A DNA stretch of 64,000 bases, from NCBI GenBank assembly GCA_029865605.1, contig JAOUGE010000003.1, positions 21,797 to 85,796 of the forward strand. The letters run 5' to 3'. Positions 40,350-48,690 of the stretch are shown piece after piece. This DNA comes from Candidatus Berkelbacteria bacterium. Lineage in GTDB: Bacteria; Patescibacteriota; UBA1384; DTJR01. The translations under genes were made by a program, and so were the position numbers. Numbering within the stretch: the stretch's first letter is position 1; each line of letters begins with the position of its first letter. The notes beneath the pieces were generated by a model, which worked only from the letters and a program-made list of their open reading frames with translations, had not been told where the DNA came from and did no database searches.

Positions 40350-41357
40350 ATGTCAAAAACAGTTCAAGATAATATGAATAAAAAAGTCTTAATCATCGGC
40401 GGAACAGGGTTTATCGGCTATCACGCAACTCTTGAATTTCTAAAAGAAGGTTACGAAGTATCAATCATTACTCTGCCCCCTGAGATCAAAAAAGGCCTAT
40501 TACCCGAGAGAGTTAAAATAACCTATTCCGACCTAAATAAAATTAGCGACCAGCAAACAATCAAAGCTATCAAAGGCAATGATTCCGTTGTCTTTGCCGC
40601 AGGGGCGGATGACCGCATCACTCCCCAAAAGCCGGCTTACCGGTTTTTTTATGACGCCAATGTTAAATCGGCCAAAAGATTTTTTGAGCTTGCTCAAAAA
40701 GCCGGGGCCAAAAGGGGCGTTCTTTTCAGCTCTTATTTTGCCTACTTTGCCCGCGTTTGGCCGGAAATGAAACTCGACCGCCATCACCCCTATATTCGCA
40801 GTCGAGTCGTTCAAGAAAGCGAAGTAATATCAGTTTGCAACAAAGGGCTTGAAGTAATGGTCCTCGAGTTTCCTTATATTTTCGGTGCTGCACCCGACAA
40901 AAAACCTCTTTGGTGTCCCCTACTCTCCTACCTTGAAAAGACCCCCTACGTCTTTTACACCCGCGGCAGTACTAACTGCGTTTCGGTTAAAACGGTTGCT
41001 CGGGCTGTTGTTGGCGCCATCAAAAATGGAAAAGCCGGGGAACGGTACGTAATTGGCGACCAAAATCTCACCTGGAAAGAAATGCTAAGCGGGCTAATGA
41101 AAGCGATGGGAATAAGAAAAAAAATTATCATCTTGCCGAACATAATGGCAAAAATAGGCGTTTTATCTCTTTTAATAAAACACAAGCTTCAAGGCAGAGA
41201 GGGTGGCTTAAGTCCAATCAAATTCGTTAATCTCCAGACAAGAAATACCTATTTTAAGGCTTCTTTGGCTCAAAAAGAGCTTGATTTTGAAGGAGGAGAT
41301 TTGGAAGAAGCTTTTTCTCAAACCGCAAAAGCCTGCGCGAATATTTACCCCACATAG
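40350..41357 (+). CDS. NAD-dependent epimerase/dehydratase (extended SDR)
   Basis: GGTGFIG Rossmann motif, Y..SR. Confidence 0.88.
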   Translation: MSKTVQDNMNKKVLIIGGTGFIGYHATLEFLKEGYEVSIITLPPEIKKGLLPERVKITYSDLNKISDQQTIKAIKGNDSVVFAAGADDRITPQKPAYRFFYDANVKSAKRFFELAQKAGAKRGVLFSSYFAYFARVWPEMKLDRHHPYIRSRVVQESEVISVCNKGLEVMVLEFPYIFGAAPDKKPLWCPLLSYLEKTPYVFYTRGSTNCVSVKTVARAVVGAIKNGKAGERYVIGDQNLTWKEMLSGLMKAMGIRKKIIILPNIMAKIGVLSLLIKHKLQGREGGLSPIKFVNLQTRNTYFKASLAQKELDFEGGDLEEAFSQTAKACANIYPT

Positions 41358-41426
41358 ACCCTTGTGTCAAAACTTGAAAACGCTAATAATAAAAACACAT
41401 CCTAATTTAAAGACACAAGGAGGTCT

Positions 41427-41591
41427 ATGGAAAAGTGCGAAAAATGCGGCATGCCAATGGAAGAGGGCGAGTGCTGTTCGTGCCGCCCCAGTAGGTGTTA
41501 TCACTGCTGTAAATGCGAAGACGGCTGTAGCTGTAACTGTACTAACCGCGAATTGCGCGAAATAGAAGAAGAAAAAGAAAAGAAAGAATAA
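41427..41591 (+). CDS. 54-aa Cys-rich metallothionein-like protein (not in ORF track)
   Basis: AGGAGG SD then MEKCEKCGMPMEEGECCSCRPSRCYHCCKCEDGCSCNCTNRELREIEEEKEKKE*. Confidence 0.8.
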   Translation: MEKCEKCGMPMEEGECCSCRPSRCYHCCKCEDGCSCNCTNRELREIEEEKEKKE

Positions 41592-41641
41592 TTTAGAAAT
41601 TATAAAACCGGCTCGGATATACCTTAATCGTCTGTTTGGAT

Positions 41642-42424
41642 ATGGCATACAACCCACCCAGAAAATACAATCTATTTGACCCAACTTCTTCAAAACCATT
41701 CTCTCTAAGCCGGGGGAAAATTGAAAATTTCCTCAAATGCCCAAGGTGTTTTTACTTGGATAGACGGCTGGGAATTGACCGGCCGCCGCTCCCCGGCTTT
41801 TCCCTAAACGTTGCTGTTGATCAACTGATGAAAAAAGAGTTTGACATTTTAAGAAAATCAAAAAAAAGACACGAACTAATGAAAAAATTCAAGATTGACG
41901 CTGTCCCCTTCGATCACCCCGATATTATGGTTTGGCGGGACGATATCAAAAAATTCGAGGGGGCAAACTTTTTGCACAAGCAAACTAATTTGAAGATATG
42001 CGGAATAATTGACGATGTTTGGATAAATCCGACGAGTAAACTCCATATAGTCGACTATAAGTCAACCAGTACTTCGCGTGAAATCTCGCTAGAGGATGAA
42101 TATAAACAAACTTATAAAAAACAAATTGAGCTTTATCAATGGATATTCAGACAAAACGGTTTCAAGGTCTCGGATATCGGCTATTTCGTTTTCGCCAACG
42201 CGAAAAAAACGCCGGAAAAATTCGATGGAGTCCTTGAGTTCGAAATGCAAATCATCTCCCATAAGGGAGACGACTCCTGGGTTGAAAAAACAGTTTTCGA
42301 GATCAAAAAATGTCTAATGTCGGACACCCTACCCTCGTCTACTGAAAGGTGCGAATATTGCGCTTACCGAAAAGCGTCCAAACCCTTTGACCAAAAAGCT
42401 ATTCAAGGAAGCCTAGGGATCTAA
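41642..42424 (+). CDS. PD-(D/E)XK nuclease superfamily protein (RecB/AddB-like)
   Basis: LS...I..F..CPRCF, G.IDD, IVDYKS, Q..LY, C..C. Confidence 0.85.
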   Translation: MAYNPPRKYNLFDPTSSKPFSLSRGKIENFLKCPRCFYLDRRLGIDRPPLPGFSLNVAVDQLMKKEFDILRKSKKRHELMKKFKIDAVPFDHPDIMVWRDDIKKFEGANFLHKQTNLKICGIIDDVWINPTSKLHIVDYKSTSTSREISLEDEYKQTYKKQIELYQWIFRQNGFKVSDIGYFVFANAKKTPEKFDGVLEFEMQIISHKGDDSWVEKTVFEIKKCLMSDTLPSSTERCEYCAYRKASKPFDQKAIQGSLGI

Positions 42425-42462
42425 CCGAATCTTCCTAAGAAAAAAATGAAAGAGGAGGACAT

Positions 42463-42975
42463 ATGGCAAAAATCGTGATGGTTATTGCACCGGAGAACTT
42501 TCGTGACGAAGAGTACTTCAAGCCGAAGGAAATCCTTGAGTCAAATGGGCACGAGGTCATCACTGCCTCAAAAGAGATCAATCAAATCAGGGGCGTCGGG
42601 GGTGGAACAGCCAAAGCAACAGTCAAGGTGATGGATTTAAGCCCTTATGATTATGAGGCAATAGTTTTTATTGGCGGGCAGGGCATGCAAGAATTTACTA
42701 ATGATTCCGACCTTAAGGCAGCAGCTAAAAAATTCTACGATGCAAAAAAACTGACAGCAGCAATCTGCATCGCTCCAGCGATTCTGGCCAACGCCGGAAT
42801 CCTCTCCGGCAAAAAAGTAACTTCTACCCCGAGTGCTATCGAAGTCCTTAAAAAAGCCGGCTCTAATCACACCGGAAGTCTAGTCGAAGTCGATGGCCAA
42901 ATCATTACCGCCAGCGGCCCCGACGCCGCCGAAGAACTTGGTAACAAAATTGCCGAGATATTAAAACCCAAATAA
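42463..42975 (+). CDS. DJ-1/PfpI family protein
   Basis: F.DEE, F.GG.G, AAIC.AP..LA.AG.L, DG.IITA.GP. Confidence 0.93.
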   Translation: MAKIVMVIAPENFRDEEYFKPKEILESNGHEVITASKEINQIRGVGGGTAKATVKVMDLSPYDYEAIVFIGGQGMQEFTNDSDLKAAAKKFYDAKKLTAAICIAPAILANAGILSGKKVTSTPSAIEVLKKAGSNHTGSLVEVDGQIITASGPDAAEELGNKIAEILKPK

Positions 42976-42995
42976 GAACGCTTTTCTAAAAGTCT

Positions 42996-43039
42996 GGGGG
43001 TTGACAAGCATCGGTCTTGTAATTATCATCATTACAAGA
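42996..43039 (+). promoter_or_regulatory. Promoter with inverted-repeat operator straddling the -10
   Basis: GGGGG-TTGACA-17nt-TATCAT; TCTTGTAAT (43015-23) / ATTACAAGA (43031-39). Confidence 0.7.
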
Positions 43040-43128
43040 TGAGAAACCTCAAACACCACAAGAAGCTGCAAAAGAGATCTCTCATCCAAGAGGCCATCAC
43101 GGCCTCGTTTTTGTATCAGGGCCCTTAA
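43039..43128 (+). other. Putative 29-aa leader peptide (uORF)
   Basis: MRNLKHHKKLQKRSLIQEAITASFLYQGP*; ATG 10 nt after the -10; spans a terminator-like hairpin. Confidence 0.4.
43090..43112 (+). terminator. Terminator-like hairpin inside leader (possible attenuator)
   Basis: GAGGCC-ATCAC-GGCCTC-GTTTTT. Confidence 0.5.
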
Positions 43129-43163
43129 GGGTCCCAAACGCTCCCTGAGAGGGAGGTGAATCG

Positions 43164-43808
43164 ATGGACCAGCGGGTCGAAGAAGCGCTTAGGGCGCTAG
43201 AAGACAGCCTCCGACTCCACCTGGATCATTACACCTCGAATGAGATCGCACTCATTCATAGAGCAATGCACACCGCTGTCACCTGGCAAGGCACACGCAC
43301 GCGTCTCTCGGGCACACCGGCCTGGGCCCACACGCTCGCAGTAGGCAACGACCTAATCGCGCTCGGCGCCGATGCCGACCCGATCGTCGCCGGTTACCAT
43401 CACGACGACTTGGAGGACCTCGGCAAAACAGCCGAAGATCTGTGCACACTCTATGGCCCCGAAGCCGCCGGGCTGGTGGTTGCCCTGACCAAGACTGTCG
43501 AGGACACCTATATCGCCCAGCTGATACGCGAGGGACATGTCAACTGGTGGGTGCTGCTGATTAAGGCCGTTGACCGGCGCCACAACATTCGAACAGTCGC
43601 CGGCTTCAAACTCAACAAGCAGGAAGAGTATGCCCACGAAACCCGAGCTCTGGTCGCCGTCCTGCGCATTGGCAGCATCTGGGTCCCCGCCGAGTGGCAA
43701 GAGCGCTACCACGGCATCCTCGACGAATCGCAAGGGCTTGCCCGACAAGTCCTCGCCTCGATCGAAGCCGGGCGCCGTACGAACCCCACCCTCCCCCTCC
43801 TGTTCTAG
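43164..43808 (+). CDS. Stand-alone RelA/SpoT-type HD domain (small alarmone hydrolase-like)
   Basis: R.SG.P...H...V, HD..ED, V.ALTK, IK..DR.HN.RT, A.ET; GC-rich; GGAGGTG SD. Confidence 0.82.
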   Translation: MDQRVEEALRALEDSLRLHLDHYTSNEIALIHRAMHTAVTWQGTRTRLSGTPAWAHTLAVGNDLIALGADADPIVAGYHHDDLEDLGKTAEDLCTLYGPEAAGLVVALTKTVEDTYIAQLIREGHVNWWVLLIKAVDRRHNIRTVAGFKLNKQEEYAHETRALVAVLRIGSIWVPAEWQERYHGILDESQGLARQVLASIEAGRRTNPTLPLLF

Positions 43809-43846
43809 GCCTCGCTGCAGTGCCAGAAGGCAAAAGCAGCGGGGCC
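43808..43846 (+). terminator. GC-rich hairpin after HD gene
   Basis: GGCCTCGCTGC..TGCC-AGAA-GGCA..GCAGCGGGGCC followed by T-rich tail. Confidence 0.5.
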
Positions 43847-43953
43847 TTCGCGATTTTTAAAACCAAGGGGGTTGACAAGAAAGCTTTTTTGTCTTAAACA
43901 AGACTGCTATAATTATTTTGCTATGTTAAGTAGCTTGAGAGGAGGTGATCAAA

Positions 43954-44175
43954 ATGGACGAAGAAAAAGACGAAACAACGGACGAAACAACAGAAGAAAA
44001 AGACGATAAAGAGCCCACTGGTGTAGTTGATACAGCAGCCGATACAGAGGAGGAACCTGCTGTAGGAGGCGGTGCTTCTTGGGGTTCGGGCGGTACTGAT
44101 GACGACGATGGGGATGACGAGGGCGATGAAGAAGAAAAACCAGCTGGCGAGGAAGAGAAGAAAGAAAAGGAATAA
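43954..44175 (+). CDS. 73-aa hyperacidic low-complexity protein
   Basis: GAGGAGGTG SD before ATG 43954; upstream promoter elements and downstream terminator. Confidence 0.7.
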   Translation: MDEEKDETTDETTEEKDDKEPTGVVDTAADTEEEPAVGGGASWGSGGTDDDDGDDEGDEEEKPAGEEEKKEKE

Positions 44176-44206
44176 GGCAAAGAGTAAAATAACTGATTTA
44201 ACCATC

Positions 44207-44235
44207 AAAAAAGGGCCCCGAAAGGGCCCTTTTTT
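44207..44235. terminator. Rho-independent terminator (bidirectional form)
   Basis: AAAAAAGGGCCC-CGAAA-GGGCCCTTTTTT. Confidence 0.85.
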
Positions 44236-44268
44236 GCTAATTCTATCCTGTTTGGCTAAAATATATCT

Positions 44269-44592
44269 ATGACATACTCGCTACTCAGTCTATGGTTACT
44301 GGCAATTATTATATATATCAGGGCAAGCCTGCTCGCAACGGGAACCTGGACAAAAAAACTCTTTAAACAAGAAGGATTTCTTCTCTGGCAGAAACTATCC
44401 GCCGTTATTTTAACCCTTAGCGCAATTTATGCTCTTTTAGCAGGGGTGAAGTTTTTGGCAATTCCATTTGCCATAAATCTTATTTTCAATTTTCTTTTTT
44501 ACCTGCAACCGACACCACGAACAACAAAGCTGCTACTCAAGCTTTTTACTATTTCGAACCTAATCCTTTTAATAATTTATTTTCTGGGCTAA
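44269..44592 (+). CDS. Hypothetical membrane protein
   Basis: 107 aa, about 4 hydrophobic helices. Confidence 0.65.
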   Translation: MTYSLLSLWLLAIIIYIRASLLATGTWTKKLFKQEGFLLWQKLSAVILTLSAIYALLAGVKFLAIPFAINLIFNFLFYLQPTPRTTKLLLKLFTISNLILLIIYFLG

Positions 44593-44655
44593 GCCAGGGG
44601 TTTTTCGTTTATGGAATTCTTGACAGAAAAAAAGCCCTTGCTAAGTTATATTCGT

Positions 44656-45222
44656 ATGAGAAAGACTATTTTATTAATTTTGAGCATCGGACTCGCGGTT
44701 TTCTCTTATTCTAAGTGCTTCGCCGAGACCACAAGTAGCACTAGCGCCTGGGCGGAAGCCAGTTCATCTTCTTCGTCAGCCAGTGCATCAGCAAATAGCG
44801 CGAGCGCAAATGCAACAGCCGATGGTTTCTCATCTAGCTCACAGGCTATAATCGAGAATCCTCCCGAAGGCCTCTACCCAGAGGTAATTGAGTATTATCC
44901 AGCACCACAAACACCGCAACCTGCTCTAAGCGCCACCACCGCCAGCAACGAAAAACTCTCGCAGGCTGCCCAACAAACTGAAGCGAATACGTCCGACTCA
45001 ACAGTCCAAGAATCTCTAGGTCTGAAAAACTTGGCTAGTAGGCTTAGTGATATTCAAAACAGACAAATTGGCATTGATAACACGCTCATCAATCTCGAAA
45101 GCTGGACGAGCAAGGTTCAAAAATACTACCTAATAAGCCTGCTGATGATAGTTATCATCCTTATTATCCTAGCCATAGATTCAATTGCTCTGCGAAAAAG
45201 GGTTTCGGAACTAGAAGCTTAA
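44656..45222 (+). CDS. Secreted Ser/Ala-rich protein with C-terminal membrane anchor
   Basis: Signal peptide MRKTILLIL...CFA, low-complexity stalk, coiled coil, C-terminal TM. Confidence 0.7.
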   Translation: MRKTILLILSIGLAVFSYSKCFAETTSSTSAWAEASSSSSSASASANSASANATADGFSSSSQAIIENPPEGLYPEVIEYYPAPQTPQPALSATTASNEKLSQAAQQTEANTSDSTVQESLGLKNLASRLSDIQNRQIGIDNTLINLESWTSKVQKYYLISLLMIVIILIILAIDSIALRKRVSELEA

Positions 45223-45254
45223 ATTTATGCTAAAATGTATTTGAAAGGAGGAAG

Positions 45255-45422
45255 GTGAAAAAAATCTACTTAATAGCTGCAGTTTTAGCAGTTGGAATCA
45301 TATTGTCTGGTTGCCAGGGTACAAACTATGGCACAACAGACAATGCTGATATTGCGACTGAAGACGAAAGCGAGCCAACCAACGTGCCACCGGTTCCACC
45401 AGAGCCAACCCAACCCGAATAA
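45255..45422 (+). CDS. 55-aa lipoprotein (not in ORF track)
   Basis: AAGGAGG SD, GTG start, MKKIYLIAAVLAVGIILSG-C lipobox, acidic/Pro-rich tail. Confidence 0.8.
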   Translation: MKKIYLIAAVLAVGIILSGCQGTNYGTTDNADIATEDESEPTNVPPVPPEPTQPE

Positions 45423-45533
45423 ACCAAGGCAACAAAGACAAGGTCAGAAACAGATCGTAGTCCGAAGGCAAAGCCTAGAGCCAGCATCTTGAGAGACGGT
45501 CTTACCACAAGGGGTAAAATTTTATAAACCACA

Positions 45534-46184
45534 TTGAGAAAAGACTTAAATCCAGCCCAGGACATTGAAGGGCTTATCCGAAAGTCAGGTTATTCAAGAT
45601 TATGTGGAATCGATGAAGCTGGGCGAGGCGCTCTAGCCGGTCCGCTTGTAGCAGCTGCTGTAATCTTACCCGTAAAGTTCAAAGTCGCCGTTAAGGACTC
45701 GAAGCAACTTAAAAACGAAGAACGTACCGCTCTCTCTAGGCTAATAAAAGAAAAATCTATCTGTTGGTCGATCGGCTTGTCCTCAGTTGAAGAAATTAAT
45801 GCCTTCGGAATTCAAAGCGCAACATATATCGCATATCATCGAGCAATCGATTTACTTGAAAAAAAACCCGATTTCCTAATAATCGACCATTATCGTCTCC
45901 CGGCAACGAGAATCCCTCAAAAAAGCATTACTTTCGGGGACCGGCTTTGCCCAACAATCTCTGCCGCATCAATAATCGCTAAGACCACACGTGATCAAAT
46001 AATGCAAGATTTATCCAGAAGAAATGAGCTGAAAAAATACAAACTTCATAAGCACTTCGGCTACGGGACCAAACTCCACCTAAAGATAGTTGCTAAAATC
46101 GGACCAAGCTCAGAACACAGAATAAAATATATTTCTGGTTACCCTCTTGAAAAAATTAGAAACACATTGTTTACTCATAATTAA
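45534..46184 (+). CDS. rnhB: Ribonuclease HII
   Basis: GIDEAGRG.LAGP, DSK.L, GD....ISAASIIAK..RD, H.GYGT..H. Confidence 0.95.
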   Translation: MRKDLNPAQDIEGLIRKSGYSRLCGIDEAGRGALAGPLVAAAVILPVKFKVAVKDSKQLKNEERTALSRLIKEKSICWSIGLSSVEEINAFGIQSATYIAYHRAIDLLEKKPDFLIIDHYRLPATRIPQKSITFGDRLCPTISAASIIAKTTRDQIMQDLSRRNELKKYKLHKHFGYGTKLHLKIVAKIGPSSEHRIKYISGYPLEKIRNTLFTHN

Positions 46185-46201
46185 TATAGGGAAGGAGTGA
46201 A

Positions 46202-46711
46202 ATGAAAATCCAAATCGTTTCTGACAGTTTAGCAAGGGGCTCGGATTACCTGAAGCGGGACAAGATGGCTCTAGTTTTAGACCTGGCTAAAAAAGCTTTT
46301 TTTATCTGGGTGGCGGTATTTATTATTAGCGAAATTGCGATCTCGGGCGGAAGATACGAGTTTAATATTTACCTGACAATCGTTCAGCTAGTAATTATCT
46401 TGACCGTTTTAATCTACTTCATGTCAGTCTCAAAGCTAAAAACAAAATCACTAAAAGAAAATCTCATTTGGGGGCTAGGTTTAGCAGTCTGGTTTGCCAT
46501 TCTAGATTTTCTGATCATTAATCTCTTACTCGAGAAAAATAGTCTCTCGATTTATAAGAACTGGGAAACCTACATCGCCTATGGATTACTTCTTTTGATC
46601 CCCGTGTTCCGATATTCACTAAAAATACGACCCCAATCCCTCACTCCCCCACCACCCCCAGAAGGAGAAAACGAAATAAGCAGCAAAGCTATCGGTGGAA
46701 TAAACCCTTAA
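46202..46711 (+). CDS. Hypothetical membrane protein
   Basis: About 4 TM segments, AAGGAG SD. Confidence 0.65.
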   Translation: MKIQIVSDSLARGSDYLKRDKMALVLDLAKKAFFIWVAVFIISEIAISGGRYEFNIYLTIVQLVIILTVLIYFMSVSKLKTKSLKENLIWGLGLAVWFAILDFLIINLLLEKNSLSIYKNWETYIAYGLLLLIPVFRYSLKIRPQSLTPPPPPEGENEISSKAIGGINP

Positions 46712-46735
46712 AAAAATCCGAGTCCAGAAGCGCAA

Positions 46736-46767
46736 GGGCTTGACAAACCATAAACACTCCTTATAAT
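46736..46767 (+). promoter_or_regulatory. Consensus sigma70 promoter
   Basis: GGGC-TTGACA-16nt-TATAAT. Confidence 0.75.
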
Positions 46768-46816
46768 CAGATTGTATAAGTAAAATAAAACCGAGATTAG
46801 AAAGGAGGTGGCGAAA

Positions 46817-47014
46817 ATGGCACACACAGTCAAGTCAAATAAGACCGGTGAGACATATTACTTGCACTCAAAAGACGTGACTTTGAGGGGAGGAAGAAAA
46901 CAAACTATTTACTACTTCGCAAGAAATGAGAGACCAAATTCATGCGATCTCCCGTCAGGATACAAAGTAATGGAAAACCCGAGAACGGGTCTACCCATGC
47001 TCAAAAAGGGCTAA
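46817..47014 (+). CDS. Small basic hypothetical protein (65 aa)
   Basis: AAGGAGGTG SD; G.TYYLH.K.V.LRGG..Q.IYYF...LP.GY.V.EN.RTGLP.LKK; own promoter and terminator. Confidence 0.82.
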   Translation: MAHTVKSNKTGETYYLHSKDVTLRGGRKQTIYYFARNERPNSCDLPSGYKVMENPRTGLPMLKKG

Positions 47015-47031
47015 AGAAATAAACGTTTTGG

Positions 47032-47070
47032 GAAAAACCCCCCCCACAGTAATTTAGAGGGGGGTTTTTC
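47032..47070 (+). terminator. Rho-independent terminator
   Basis: GAAAAACCCCCC...GGGGGGTTTTTC. Confidence 0.7.
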
Positions 47071-47110
47071 TTTCAATTCAAAAATCTTTATGATATAGTC
47101 ATACAAGCTC

Positions 47111-48559
47111 ATGAGAAGAGTTGATAATGTTTTTACTTTCATTTTATTGCCGCTTGATGCTCTGGCGGTAATTTTAGCTTTTGTAGCGAGTTATTTTCTG
47201 CGCTCCAACGCGACCTTTCCCCCTGTAGTTTATATTTGGCCATTCGAGCAATATATAAAGCTAGCTATTTATATGATACCGGTTTGGCTAGTCGCCTTCT
47301 CTCTGGCCGGACTATACAACCCCCAAAGAAAAGGCATCAAGGAATTCGGCCAAATTATTGTCGGGGCAAGCCTAGGCACAATGGCTGTAGTACTCTGGGT
47401 CTTTCTGAACAGAAGCGACTTTTTTTCAAGACTAATTGTCTTCTACATTTGGGGTTCGGCTATAGTTTTGGTCACGGCCGAAAGGTCAATCCTAAGTCTG
47501 ATCAAATCAAACCTATACCTCCTCGGTCTTAAGAAAAAACGGCTCTTGATTATTGGGCAGCCGGATAAAATAACTCGATCCTTATTGGGAATAATAAAAG
47601 TAAAGCCTTCGCTAGGTTATGAAGCAGCTGGGATTCTATCAAACGAAAAAACAAATAATATAAAAGGGTTCGAGGGCCTTGAATACTTAGGTAAACCAGA
47701 CGAACTTGAAAATATATTGAGAAAAAACGGTATCAGCGAAACTATTTTAACCGACAAGGGTGTCAGAGATGAAGATCTTTTTTCATACATGAGAACTTGC
47801 CAAGAGAGAGGTGTTATATTCAAGGCCATTCCAAACCACGCCGAAGTCGGGGCAAGAACGCTGCGCTTTGACGCCTTTGGCGGACTCCCCATAATTGAGT
47901 TTAAAGGTACCCCGCTCGATGGTTGGGGAGCGGCCTATAAAAGAGTTATTGACTTTATCGGCTCAATCATAGCAATAATAATCCTTTCGCCACTTATGAC
48001 GTTAATTGCTCTTTTGGTAAAAACTACATCTAGAGGACCTGTTATCTATCGAAATACCAGGATCGGCAACAGGGGAAAATTTATAACCTTGAAATTCAGA
48101 ACGATGTATCTGGAGCACTGCACTGGCCCGCAATATGGTGGCTCGCGCGCCGAAAACTTCGAAAATAAATTAATTGCCGAAAGGAATATCAAAAAAGGCA
48201 GCGCCGTTTACAAAATTGCCAGAGACCCCAGAATTACCCCGATAGGAAGATTTTTAAGAAAAACGTCCCTTGACGAACTTCCCCAGTTCTTCAATGTCAT
48301 TAAAGGCAATATGAGCATAGTCGGACCCCGTCCCCACCAACCTAAAGAAGTAATACATTATACAAAAGAGCAGAGGAAACTACTAATGATAAAGCCCGGC
48401 ATTACCGGGCTAGCGCAAATTTCCGGTCGCAGCGACCTTAATTTTGACGAGGAAGCCGACCTTGATATATTTTATCTCGAGAACTGGTCCATCTGGCTCG
48501 ATCTTTTCATCATTATCAACACCCCCAAGGCAGTCTTTGGCAAAAGAGGAACGTACTAA
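47111..48559 (+). CDS. Polyprenyl-phosphate glycosylphosphotransferase (WcaJ/WbaP-like priming sugar transferase)
   Basis: KR..D, KFRTM, DPRIT.IG.FLRKTSLDELPQ.FNV..G.MS.VGPRP, KPGITG.AQ.SGR. Confidence 0.95.
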   Translation: MRRVDNVFTFILLPLDALAVILAFVASYFLRSNATFPPVVYIWPFEQYIKLAIYMIPVWLVAFSLAGLYNPQRKGIKEFGQIIVGASLGTMAVVLWVFLNRSDFFSRLIVFYIWGSAIVLVTAERSILSLIKSNLYLLGLKKKRLLIIGQPDKITRSLLGIIKVKPSLGYEAAGILSNEKTNNIKGFEGLEYLGKPDELENILRKNGISETILTDKGVRDEDLFSYMRTCQERGVIFKAIPNHAEVGARTLRFDAFGGLPIIEFKGTPLDGWGAAYKRVIDFIGSIIAIIILSPLMTLIALLVKTTSRGPVIYRNTRIGNRGKFITLKFRTMYLEHCTGPQYGGSRAENFENKLIAERNIKKGSAVYKIARDPRITPIGRFLRKTSLDELPQFFNVIKGNMSIVGPRPHQPKEVIHYTKEQRKLLMIKPGITGLAQISGRSDLNFDEEADLDIFYLENWSIWLDLFIIINTPKAVFGKRGTY

Positions 48560-48690
48560 AGCTATCTCAAAAATCTTAGGCCAGCAAAGCCGGGGGAGCA
48601 GAGCCAAAATAAAACCTCAAAAAGAACACGCCGAAACCCATACTCACCAATCTGACTAGAAAAAACACCTATTTATTAAAAACCAAAGAG

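Noticed and set aside
41281-41699. ORF-track 94-aa (+) and 110-aa (-) ORFs
   Set aside because: Superseded by the SD-led Cys-rich 54-aa ORF in another frame
41642-42424. Cas4-like nuclease as part of a defence system
   Set aside because: Solo PD-(D/E)XK protein with an incomplete C-terminal Cys cluster and no CRISPR or defence partners adjacent
45292-45565. ORF-track 66-aa (+) and 79-aa (-) ORFs
   Set aside because: Superseded by the lipobox-containing ORF at 45255-45422
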